Assembly (NCBI GenBank): GCA_025457615.1
Contig: JALOTZ010000006.1
Span: forward strand, 63,866-127,865
Direction of reading: 5' to 3'
Source of the DNA: Verrucomicrobiota bacterium
Lineage (GTDB): Bacteria > Verrucomicrobiota > Verrucomicrobiia > Limisphaerales > DSYF01
Length of the DNA stretch: 64,000 bases
Below are positions 1 to 9,000 of this stretch, piece by piece. The number at the start of each line of letters is the position of its first letter. Position 1 is the first letter of the stretch. The notes under the pieces were generated by a model, which saw only the letters and a program-made list of their open reading frames with translations, was not told the origin of the DNA and did not search any database. Position numbers and translations under genes: made by a program.

Positions 1-936
1 GTACAAGCCATGGTGGAACGAGGCATTACCGAACTCACTGGAGCCCCCGATGCCACCTCGGCTTGGCGAACCCTCGCCAACTCGAACGACACGGTGGCCA
101 TCAAGGTCTATTCCTCACCGGGACCCAACACCGGCACGCGAATCCCGGTGGTCGCGGCCGTAGTCAAGGGACTGCTTTCCGCCTGCGTCCTCCGGACCAA
201 CATCCTGATCTGGGACCGCTCGGAAGCCGACCTCCGCGCCGCCGGTTATGCGCGTCTGGCCGAGTCCCTGGGCATCCGCCTGGGCGGAGCATTGCAGTCG
301 GGGTATGACGAACTGGATTCGTACGAGTTTGCTCTCGTGACGGGCTTGCGCTTCGGGGATCTGGAATTTGGACGCAAGGATGATGGAGCCGGGCGGCGAT
401 CGTTCGTGACCCGCCTGCTGGGTCCGAACGTCACGCGCATCATCAGCATCGCCCCGGCGTCCAACAAGCACAGCACCGGGGTGACAGGTCATCTCTACAG
501 CATGACGTTGGGGTCCGTGGACAACACCTGGCGGTTTGAAAGCAATCCCTCAACCCTCTCGTGGGTCCTGCCGGAAATCTACGCCATGCGCAGCGTGGGC
601 GATCGCGTGGTGCTCTGCATCACGGACGCGCTCATCTGCCAGTATGAAGGCGAAGAGGCCACCTTGCTGCACTACTCACAGGTGGCCAATGAGCTCTACT
701 TCGGGACCGACCCGGTCGCCCTGGATTTGCTCGCCATCCAACTGCTCGAACAGCAGCGCCGAAGTTCGGACACGGGCCGGCCCAAGCCGGACCTGAAGAC
801 CTACCAGAACGCCGCCTTGCTGCAATTGGGCACGGATGACCTCCGCCGTGTTCCGATCCGCCGATTCTCGATGGATTCCGGCACCGCGTTACCCGCCTCG
901 GGCGCGGCCACCGACACCCCTAGGGTTGAACCCTGA
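1..936 (+). CDS. DUF362-like domain protein, 5' end cut by window edge
   Basis: Frame 1 is open from nt 1 (track ORF 10..936). Blocks TVAIKVYSS, IISIAPASNKHSTGVTGHLYSMTLGSVDN and VVLCITDALICQYEGE resemble the conserved DUF362 blocks (IKPN.., K.H...G.T...KN..G, .DG....EG.GP). Assigned by eye only. Confidence 0.5.
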   Translation, partial: VQAMVERGITELTGAPDATSAWRTLANSNDTVAIKVYSSPGPNTGTRIPVVAAVVKGLLSACVLRTNILIWDRSEADLRAAGYARLAESLGIRLGGALQSGYDELDSYEFALVTGLRFGDLEFGRKDDGAGRRSFVTRLLGPNVTRIISIAPASNKHSTGVTGHLYSMTLGSVDNTWRFESNPSTLSWVLPEIYAMRSVGDRVVLCITDALICQYEGEEATLLHYSQVANELYFGTDPVALDLLAIQLLEQQRRSSDTGRPKPDLKTYQNAALLQLGTDDLRRVPIRRFSMDSGTALPASGAATDTPRVEP

Positions 937-3691
937 TCCGGAAGAAGCACTGGCTGGCATTCCCGACTGGGCAGGTGGCCGTGGTTGTCAGGCCCATGGA
1001 CACCACCGCCGGTTCACTCTCGCTCCAATTTCCGCCTGTCAGATCCTCGGTCCACTCAACGCGATAAGAGGTGTTGGGGAGTGAGGTCCATTGCAGACAG
1101 GCAACTCCATTGCTGACCTGGATTGAGTTTATCACCGGCTGAGCCGCGACCACCGGGGAAGCCTGGGGCGCCAAGCGGCGGGTCTGCAAGCTGAGCGACC
1201 AACCTTGAAGCAGGAATCCAGTGTCCCCGGTGGAGTCGTCCACCAGGTAGAGAGACCACACGCCATTCGGATCGACCTCATTCAACACGGACAACGTGGT
1301 CGCGTGCGGGGCGGGCACCGGCAGCGCATCACCCGTCGCACCGATATTTGTCGGACGATATTCGCCGGACACCACCGTGCCGCTGCCCGGGAACTCCGCC
1401 GCTTCATCCCTGAAGCTCAGTTCCAACGCATCCGCCACGGCGCCGCCACCGGCATCCGAAAGCAGCATCACCTGCTGCCCGCCAGGCCCCACGAGCAGAA
1501 TGTCCAGGTCGTCCAGAAACCCGTGCGTCAGGCCGTGCAGTTGCACCCTCACCTGCTCTACGGCGCCTTCGATCCCGCTCACGAAGAGCTGGGCGGGAAA
1601 GACGCTGGCGTTGCCCTTGGTTCCGGCGGCGGGAACCAACAGGGAGGCGGTGTTTGAGAAGACATGCGTCTCGGTTACCAGGACGAGCCCGGAGGACGAT
1701 CCGGGAAGCAGGGTAAAGTCAGCGTCCGTCAGGTCGAAAAAGACACTGTGGCTGGCCCGCACCTTGATCCGGGCCTTGGCGGCATAGACGGCGGGCAGGG
1801 AGACCAGCTCGGATCCATCATTGGGGGTCTCCCGCGCCAACATCACCGGGAAGTCACCCCCCCCATTCGTCGAAAGCAGAATGTCCACGAAGGCGGCCGA
1901 GACGGGCGCAAGGTCCGTTCCCGCCACAGCCCACTGTATGATCTGCTCGCCGGACAACTCGCCGGCACCATTGGGAACCAACACCACGAAGGGTCCGGCA
2001 TTCGTTGTCACCGTCACCTGCAGGTCGTCCATGCCGAAGGCACCTCCGCCAACATGATTGTCCCTGGCCGTGACCCGGAAGTTCAGCACGCGAGCCGTGG
2101 TGGGCAGTACCTCAGACGGAGACGAAACATCGTTCAGCAGATCCTCGATGCACGGAAACGTCCGCGAAGCTGTCAGCACCGGTGGAAACGAGCGAAACAA
2201 CGGGCCGCTTCCGTGATCCTGCCCGTCCAACGCGGCAGCCCCGCCCAGATCCACCTGCTCCCAACCGTAGGTCAACAGATCCCCATCCGGATCGCTGCCC
2301 GTTGCCGTCAACTCGAACGGCGTGGCCATGGGGATCGTCAGGTCGGTTCCGGCGGAAACACTCGGCGCGGTGTTTCCCGTGCTCTGCGGCACCGCGGACC
2401 CGGCCCCGATGAAGCTCGCCATCTCCAGCAGGCTGGCCGAGTGAAAATACGCATCACTGCTGTACTGCAGGTTGTCTGTCCCGCAGATCCCCGAGTAGCT
2501 CATGATGGTGGATCCGCTCCCCGGCTCGAAGGCCGACGCTGGATGACGGTTGTTCGCGCTGCAACTACCCGCGATCCCATTGAAGGTGTGATGCGCGCCA
2601 AACTGATGACCGATTTCATGCGCGAGATAATCCACGTAGAAGGAGTCCCCGACGGGGCTGGCGCGGCCGGTGACGCCCCGGGCCTTCCAGCCATCCACAC
2701 CCGCACTGTTCAGCTGGGCCAACCCTCCCCCACCCGTTGCCAGGACGTGGCCAACGTCATAGTTCTCTCTGCCGATCACGCCGTCCAGGGTGGATTGGTT
2801 CTGCGACAACATGGCCGCCGCGTCAGCATTGCTGTAGGGATCAGTAGCGGCATTGAAAAACACCAGGCGATCGTTGTTCGAGACCAGGACAAAGCGAACG
2901 CCCAGTTCCGACTCGTAGATGCCGTTCAGCCGGTTGACAGCGGTCACAATGGCGGCCAGACCGCTCTCCACCGTCCCGCCATGGAACAACGTGTATTCAC
3001 CGGTCGCTGCCACCGCCAGACGATAGACACGCAGTGCGCCGTCAGATTGAACCCCGCCGCTCTGCAGGCTGGACGGATCTGGTGCGGTGGCCGTCAGGCA
3101 TTCGAAGCTTTCCTCCTCCGATCGCAACGCGTCTGAGGCATAGTAGGCGACATACTCCGCACCTTCGGAATCAGCCGGATCGAGATAGACACGACCACGC
3201 GGGCCCAGGACCTGGGCATGGAGTCTGCCCCGGTAAACATCCAAGCGAAGCCTCTCCGCCCCCCCCCCCAAGCCGACTCCGCGGTAGGTCTTGATGGCCG
3301 GGAATCGCGACGCCAGATCACTGGCCATGACCGGCGATTCGACAATCAGAAACCGCTCGGTCCGTCCATCCGGCATGGGCAATGACCATTCGACACCCTC
3401 GACAATCCTGCCCGACTCGCTCTCCTTCGGAGCGCGGCTGAGGACCGCTTGTGGCCGCGCTGCATCCAGGCGGAATCGGGTTCCTTGGGGAACGGGACGA
3501 AGCGTAGGCGTGTTGACCGGAGCCGAGTTTCCTCCTTCGATTCGACTCCACCCGTGCCATTCCTCGGGCTTTGGGTCGGCCTGCGCGGCGAAGCCTGCAG
3601 ACAACAAACCACCAGCCAACAACAAAGCCTGCAGACCCGCGGGACCTTCCAGCAGGCTCGGTGAACTGCGCCTTGAAACTGAATACGGCAT
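920..3691 (-). CDS. Secreted zinc metalloprotease (metzincin, reprolysin/M12B-like) with proprotein-convertase P-domain-like region and C-terminal beta-sandwich
   Basis: Track ORF 920..3781. Start moved to M31 (ATG 3691, MPYSVSRR), which precedes the signal-like LLLAGGLLSAGFAAQA. Contains the zinc site HEIGHQFGAHH (HExxHxxGxxH), a P-domain-like block LHGLTHGFLDDLDILLVGPGG, and a last ~72 aa ending CFFRIRVQP. Confidence 0.85.
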   Translation of the reverse strand: MPYSVSRRSSPSLLEGPAGLQALLLAGGLLSAGFAAQADPKPEEWHGWSRIEGGNSAPVNTPTLRPVPQGTRFRLDAARPQAVLSRAPKESESGRIVEGVEWSLPMPDGRTERFLIVESPVMASDLASRFPAIKTYRGVGLGGGAERLRLDVYRGRLHAQVLGPRGRVYLDPADSEGAEYVAYYASDALRSEEESFECLTATAPDPSSLQSGGVQSDGALRVYRLAVAATGEYTLFHGGTVESGLAAIVTAVNRLNGIYESELGVRFVLVSNNDRLVFFNAATDPYSNADAAAMLSQNQSTLDGVIGRENYDVGHVLATGGGGLAQLNSAGVDGWKARGVTGRASPVGDSFYVDYLAHEIGHQFGAHHTFNGIAGSCSANNRHPASAFEPGSGSTIMSYSGICGTDNLQYSSDAYFHSASLLEMASFIGAGSAVPQSTGNTAPSVSAGTDLTIPMATPFELTATGSDPDGDLLTYGWEQVDLGGAAALDGQDHGSGPLFRSFPPVLTASRTFPCIEDLLNDVSSPSEVLPTTARVLNFRVTARDNHVGGGAFGMDDLQVTVTTNAGPFVVLVPNGAGELSGEQIIQWAVAGTDLAPVSAAFVDILLSTNGGGDFPVMLARETPNDGSELVSLPAVYAAKARIKVRASHSVFFDLTDADFTLLPGSSSGLVLVTETHVFSNTASLLVPAAGTKGNASVFPAQLFVSGIEGAVEQVRVQLHGLTHGFLDDLDILLVGPGGQQVMLLSDAGGGAVADALELSFRDEAAEFPGSGTVVSGEYRPTNIGATGDALPVPAPHATTLSVLNEVDPNGVWSLYLVDDSTGDTGFLLQGWSLSLQTRRLAPQASPVVAAQPVINSIQVSNGVACLQWTSLPNTSYRVEWTEDLTGGNWSESEPAVVSMGLTTTATCPVGNASQCFFRIRVQP

Positions 3692-3945
3692 CTGGATACG
3701 TCGTGCCCCCCTCCTTCCGGCCCGTGCATTCTCAGATTCACTAAATCCATTGTGAACAGCCACTTCCGGAAGAAGCACCAACTGATCTGGTGTCTAAGCA
3801 ATGGACAAGCCAGTCCCAATCTTGGGAAGAGAGTATCGCACCGGGCGGGAGGTGACAGGAAGGAGGTTGCGGACAGTGCTTCCGCAGAAGCGCGGAGGAC
3901 ATATCCGGGGGGGATGGATTCAGCCCGACTGTTCCAGATGGCTCT

Positions 3946-3969
3946 CAGGCAGGACCAGCGCTAGACCAC
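3946..3969 (+). promoter_or_regulatory. Weak sigma-54-like element (GG-N10-GC) sharing the 11-mer CGCTAGACCAC with the 33497 promoter
   Basis: cAGGCAGgaccagCGCTAGACCAC: GG at 3948-3949, GC at 3960-3961. The -24 and -12 boxes are degenerate (GGCAG / GCGC). Confidence 0.2.
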
Positions 3970-4017
3970 CCTCCGCTCCAAGCCTGACAGTCGGGGCCTT
4001 TGGAATGGGCCTCACAG

Positions 4018-4230
4018 TCACTCTCATGATCGCTCGGCGCGCGGCTCCATGAGCCGCAGCACCCCCGCACCGGAGGGCCGTGTGCCATGATTCAGCGGCT
4101 TGGTGACCGGCGCGCCCCGGCTGCGGGTCACTCGTCCTGCGTAACAGGGCGCCTGCGCCCGTCCTCGGCCGTCGCCCTGCCACGGAGGATGGAGAGGATG
4201 AACAGCCCCGCGCTCCGAACTGAGCATGGC
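4018..4230. repeat. Palindromic intergenic repeat (family with core GCGCGGCTCCATGAGCCGCAGCACCCCCGC ... CTGCGGGTC ... CCGCGCTCC)
   Basis: The core GCGCGGCTCCATGAGCCGCAGCACCCCCGC is shared (one substitution in the 23.6-kb copy) with 23619-23650 and 59620-59650. The right arm CCCCGCGCTCCGAACTGAGCATGGC is analogous to 59716-59738. Confidence 0.6.
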
Positions 4231-4443
4231 AGGATCTCGGACTTTCGGAACGGCGGTTGACACTCACGAGGGGGATCGACAAGATGGCGTCTCGTTGGCG
4301 CACGCTGTTCCCCAAGGGCGATGGGGTGCCATGCCCGTTCCAAGGGGATCACGGATTCGCTGGAAGCCAAGAGGCGCTTGAGAGTTCCATCGAAGCAGGC
4401 GGGTGGGGACTTTAGGCACGCGTTGAAACTGATTGAGATCACG

Positions 4444-5790
4444 ATGAAAGGCAAAGTTCTACTGGTCGAGGACCTGGAAGATTTCCGGAGTCTCTTGAAA
4501 TCCATTTTCTCGAATGATTACGAGATCAGCGAAGCGGGCAGCGCCGCAGAGCTGAAAGGGGTGATGTCGGGGTCCCAACCCGATGTCGTGGTGCTGGACC
4601 TGGGGTTGCCCGACGCCAACGGCCTGGACCTCCTGCCCCAGATCAAGAAGCAGTGGCCGGAAACCGAGGTCATCATCCTCACCGGAAACGACTCGATCCA
4701 GGTGGCGGTCGAGGCCACCAAGCGCGGGGCTTTTCATTACTTCACCAAACCCGGGGAGACCACCGCCTTGCTCGTCACCGTGGCGCGCGCCATCGAGCAC
4801 AAGCAGCAGAACGAGGAAAACAGCAACCTGCGTCGAGCCCTCGGCACCATGAGCGGCGGAAGCTCGCCCGTCTTCAAGAGCACGGAGATCAAATCTGTCG
4901 TGCGCACCGTGGAACGCGTCGCCCCCAGCGACGTCCCCATCCTCATCACCGGCGAGAGCGGCAGCGGCAAGGAGGTCATCGCCGACCTCATCCACACCCT
5001 GAGCCCACGCAGCAAGGCCCGGATCATCAAGATCAATTGCGCCGCCCTGCCCCGCGAATTGATCGAGAGCGAGCTGTTCGGCTCGGTCAAGGGCGCCTTC
5101 ACCGGGGCGCACAGCGACCGCGAGGGCCTCTTCCGCCAGGCCGAGGGCGGCACGCTGTTTTTGGACGAGATCTCCGAGATGCCCATCGACACCCAAAGCA
5201 AGCTGTTGCGGGTGTTGCAGGATCAGGAGGTGCGCCCGGTCGGGGGCAAGACCAGCTACAAGACCAACTGCCGGCTGGTGGCGGCCACCAACCGCAAGCC
5301 GGAGGACGCCATCAAGGACGGCAAACTGCGCGAAGACCTCTTCTACCGGATCAGCGCCATCTCCGTGCACCTGCCGGCGCTGCGCGAGCGCCGGGATGAC
5401 ATCATGCCCCTGGCCACCTCGTTCCTGAACAAGTACGCCTCCCAGGCCAACCGCACCATCACCGGCTTCACGCCCACTGCCGTGGAGAAGCTCACGGCGT
5501 TCGATTGGCCCGGAAACGTGCGCCAGCTCCAGAATGAGATCCAGCGCGCCGTGCTCCTCTGCGAAGGCAGCGTGGTGGACGCCGCTGACCTTTCCGTAGC
5601 CAACGCGCGCTCCGGGGCCGGCGAGGGAGGTGGCGACACCAACTTCACGCTGCTCGAAGGCGTGGAGCGCAACGCCATCGCCCAGATGCTCAAGGAAACC
5701 GGCGGCAACAAGCTCGAAGCCGCCAAACGCCTTGGCATCGGACGCCAGACCCTCTACAACAAGATCAAGGCCTACGGGATTGAGGTGTAA
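4444..5790 (+). CDS. Sigma-54-dependent response regulator (NtrC/Fis family enhancer-binding protein), no adjacent kinase
   Basis: REC domain (DVVVLDLGLPDANG). AAA+ activator core (GESGSGKE Walker A, GAFTGA sigma-54 contact loop, ESELFGS). C-terminal Fis-type HTH (GRQTLYNKIKAYGI). ATG 4444 (MKGKVLLVEDL) preferred over the track start 4321. Confidence 0.9.
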   Translation: MKGKVLLVEDLEDFRSLLKSIFSNDYEISEAGSAAELKGVMSGSQPDVVVLDLGLPDANGLDLLPQIKKQWPETEVIILTGNDSIQVAVEATKRGAFHYFTKPGETTALLVTVARAIEHKQQNEENSNLRRALGTMSGGSSPVFKSTEIKSVVRTVERVAPSDVPILITGESGSGKEVIADLIHTLSPRSKARIIKINCAALPRELIESELFGSVKGAFTGAHSDREGLFRQAEGGTLFLDEISEMPIDTQSKLLRVLQDQEVRPVGGKTSYKTNCRLVAATNRKPEDAIKDGKLREDLFYRISAISVHLPALRERRDDIMPLATSFLNKYASQANRTITGFTPTAVEKLTAFDWPGNVRQLQNEIQRAVLLCEGSVVDAADLSVANARSGAGEGGGDTNFTLLEGVERNAIAQMLKETGGNKLEAAKRLGIGRQTLYNKIKAYGIEV

Positions 5791-5924
5791 GGAGGCGGTC
5801 CCCGCCTGCGGAACACTTCTCCAAGCCCCCTCGGCAACCCAAGGTTGTCCGGCGTTGCGGCGGCATATTGTGTCTCAAGCGGGGCTGCCCGGGACAACCA
5901 ATTCGGCTGCCGCGCCCGTCCGTC

Positions 5925-5964
5925 TTTGAGCTTTACTTCCTAATACTCCTGATTAGTTTGAGCT
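5925..5964 (+). promoter_or_regulatory. AT-rich island with direct repeat TTTGAGCT x2 (32-nt spacing); candidate activator binding sites
   Basis: TTTGAGCT occurs at 5925-5932 and 5957-5964 inside the only AT-rich stretch of the spacer, ~60-100 nt upstream of the candidate sigma-54 promoter at 6011-6028. Confidence 0.25.
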
Positions 5965-6010
5965 CCAGCCACCACGGCCCGCGCCCGCATCGCGGATGCT
6001 GTGGCGTGTG

Positions 6011-6028
6011 TTGGGTGACGTTCTTGCG
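6011..6028 (+). promoter_or_regulatory. Candidate sigma-54 promoter for the giant secreted protein gene
   Basis: ttGGgtgacgttcTTGCg: GG at 6014-6015 and GC at 6026-6027 with exact GG-N10-GC spacing. The -12 TTGC is intact and the -24 box is imperfect. It lies 55 nt upstream of ATG 6083. Confidence 0.3.
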
Positions 6029-6082
6029 ACAGAGTCCGAAAACCCGATCTCAACCGAAGTCCATGACCAGGAGATTTTGAGC

Positions 6083-9000
6083 ATGAAGACCACCGGCCTT
6101 GTTCTTGCCGCCCTCCTCGCTGGCGCGGCCTCGTCGTCCGCAACCATCCTGTCCGTCACGGGCAATGACACCCTGGTCGGCAACCACACCACGAACCTGA
6201 TTCTCAACGGCAGTTTTGAGGCAGACGGGGGCGTGGTGTCCAACGGCGCCTACTGGGCCACCGGCACCACCCTGACGCCCGCCTTCTCGCTGACCTCCTG
6301 GAGCGCCTCCGGCCAGTCCGGCAGCTACGCGCACTGGGGCAACGACGGGCTGGGCGGCATCAAGGGCAGCGCCCCGCTTCCGCACGGCACCAACGCCCTC
6401 TACTTTGGCGCGGGGATCATGCTTCTAGTCGCTCCCTTCCCCATCGAAGCCACCAACGGCCTGGTCACGTTCACCTCCACCCCCGCCATCCTGCCCAAGC
6501 CCGGGGACGGCCCGGTGACCTTGCAGCAGACCGTTTCGGGCCTGAACCCCGCCGCCACCTACCTGCTGGATTTCTGGACCAGTGGGGAGGATGTCGGGAA
6601 GCCAGAGATGGCCGTGGACGGCTTCTTCGGCCTGGACATCACCGGCGAACCGACGCTCTACTTCGCCGCCCCGAGCGGGAACGGCCTGGTGGGCGCCTCC
6701 CAGCGCTACCAAGTCTATTTCACGCCGACGGCCTCGACGGTGACGTTTCAATGGAGCAATTGGGGCCACGATGTGGATCCCAACGGGTTCGCCGACGAAC
6801 TGGTGCTGGACGACATCATCCTGAACAAGATCTCCGGCCCGGAGGACCCGTTGCTGTGCGGCTGCCTGACGAACATCACCGTCACCTGTCCCGCCGTGCT
6901 CCCAGACCTGTGCGCCCTGGCCACGAACTGCTTCACCACGAACATGCTGCCGGGGTCCTGCACACAGAACCTCCCGCCTGGAATGCCGGTGTCCGTGGGC
7001 ACCTACGTCCTCAACCTGCAGGTGCTGGATCTCCAGAGCAACGCGTTCTCGTGTCCCGTGACGTTCACGGTGGTTCCGCCATCGAATGCGCCGCCGCTGA
7101 CCGTCCTCTGTTCCACGAACAAGACTGTCGAGTGTGGAAGCGAGTGGGACTTCGATCCGCCGGTCGTCACCTCGTTCTGCTGCGGGCTGACGATCACGCC
7201 GAACGACATCGTGGTGAGCAACAGCCCCTGTTCCCAGAGCCTCACCCGCACCTGGTTGATCACCGACGGCTGCGGCAACACCACCAGTTGCAGCCAGGAG
7301 GTGACCCTGGTGGACACCACGCCGCCGGGCACGCAATGTGACGGCCAGAACCTGGTGCCGAACGGCGGCTTCGAGCGCTACACCAACTGCCCCTCCTCCA
7401 TCTCGCAGTTCGCCTTCGCCGCGCCGTGGTTCACGCCGACCGACGCCACGACGGATTACTACAACAGTTGCTCCGGCGCCGGCTCGTTCGTCACCACGCC
7501 GACCAACAGCGTGGGCGTGCAGGCGCCGTTAAGCGGACAGGCCTACGCGGGCGCGGCGCTCTACACGACGTTCGGCACCAACCCCACCAATTCCTACCGG
7601 GAGTATCTCGAAGTGCCGCTGCTCACGAGCTTGACCGCCGGACAACAATACCTCGTGTCGTTTTACGTGAGCCGGGCGGAGTATTTCGGCCAGGCCATCG
7701 CGGACATCGGGGCGAAATTCTTCCCGATGCCATTCGTCAATTACGGCCCGTTGAGCAATGCCTACACAGGCGTGCTCGTGCACCCGATTCCCCCGCAGGT
7801 CGCCAATCCGCCGAGCAACATGCTCACCGACTCGACCAACTGGACGCTCATTCAGGGCCTGTACACCGCCATCGGCTGGGAAACGCACCTGGTCCTGGGC
7901 AATTTCAAGGATGACCCCGGCACCACCGCCACGCTGGTCGGGGGCCAGGACAACAACTACGCCTACTACTACTTTGACAACGTCTCGGTGGTCGCGGTGT
8001 GCGATCCAGCGATGACGAACCAGGTCGTGCAATGCGGCACGCCTTGGGAGATTCCGCCGTTCCCGGTCTTCGACAACTGCAACGGCGGCAACATCACCGT
8101 GTCAAACTACACCGCGACGAACGGGTATTGTCCCACGGTGGTGCAGCGCGACTGGTATCTGGCCGACCCCTGCGGGAACACGAACAGGTTCACCCAGACG
8201 GTGACCATCGTGGACACGAACCCGCCGCAGCTCCTGTGCGCCGCCGGGGCCAACCTGGCGCCCAATCCGCAGTTTGAAAACTACGCCTTCTGTCCCTTCA
8301 ACTTCTCGCAGGTGTCCGCTGCCGGGCCGTGGTTCAATCCGACCGTCGCCACGCCGGACTACCTGAACACCTGCTCCTCGTTCCCCGCCGCACAGGTGCC
8401 GAACAACCTGCTGGGCAGCCAGACCCCGTTCAGCGGCAATGGCTACATGGGCGCGTACGCCTACTCCGTTTACGGGACCAACCCGGTGCCCGGCTACCGC
8501 GAGTATCTCGAGGCGCCCCTGCTTGTCCCGTTGCAGGCGGGCCAGCAGTACCAGGTTTCCTTCCGTGTCTGCCTGGCCGACACGTCCGGCTGGTCCATCA
8601 GCGATCTGGGCGCGCATTTCTCTGTCGGCCCAGTGCTGAACGGCTCGAGCGAAGGGCCCTTGAACGTCGTCCCGCAGGTTGCCAATCCGCCCGGTAACCT
8701 GCTCACCAACCAGACCGGTTGGATGCTCGTGCAGGGCGTGTTCACCGCGGCGGGCGGCGAGGACCACATCACGCTCGGCAATTTCCTCGATGACGCCTCC
8801 ACCCTGGCGGTGACCAACGCGTCCGGCACCAACCACACGTATTACTACTACGACGACATCGCGGTCGTGCCGTTGTGCGAGTTCACGAACAAATTCGTGG
8901 CCTGCGAGTCCGTGTGGGAATTTGACACGCCGCTGGCCTACGACAGTTGCAGCGGCGAATACCTCTCCACCTTCGTCACCAGCACGACGACCAGCGGCAC

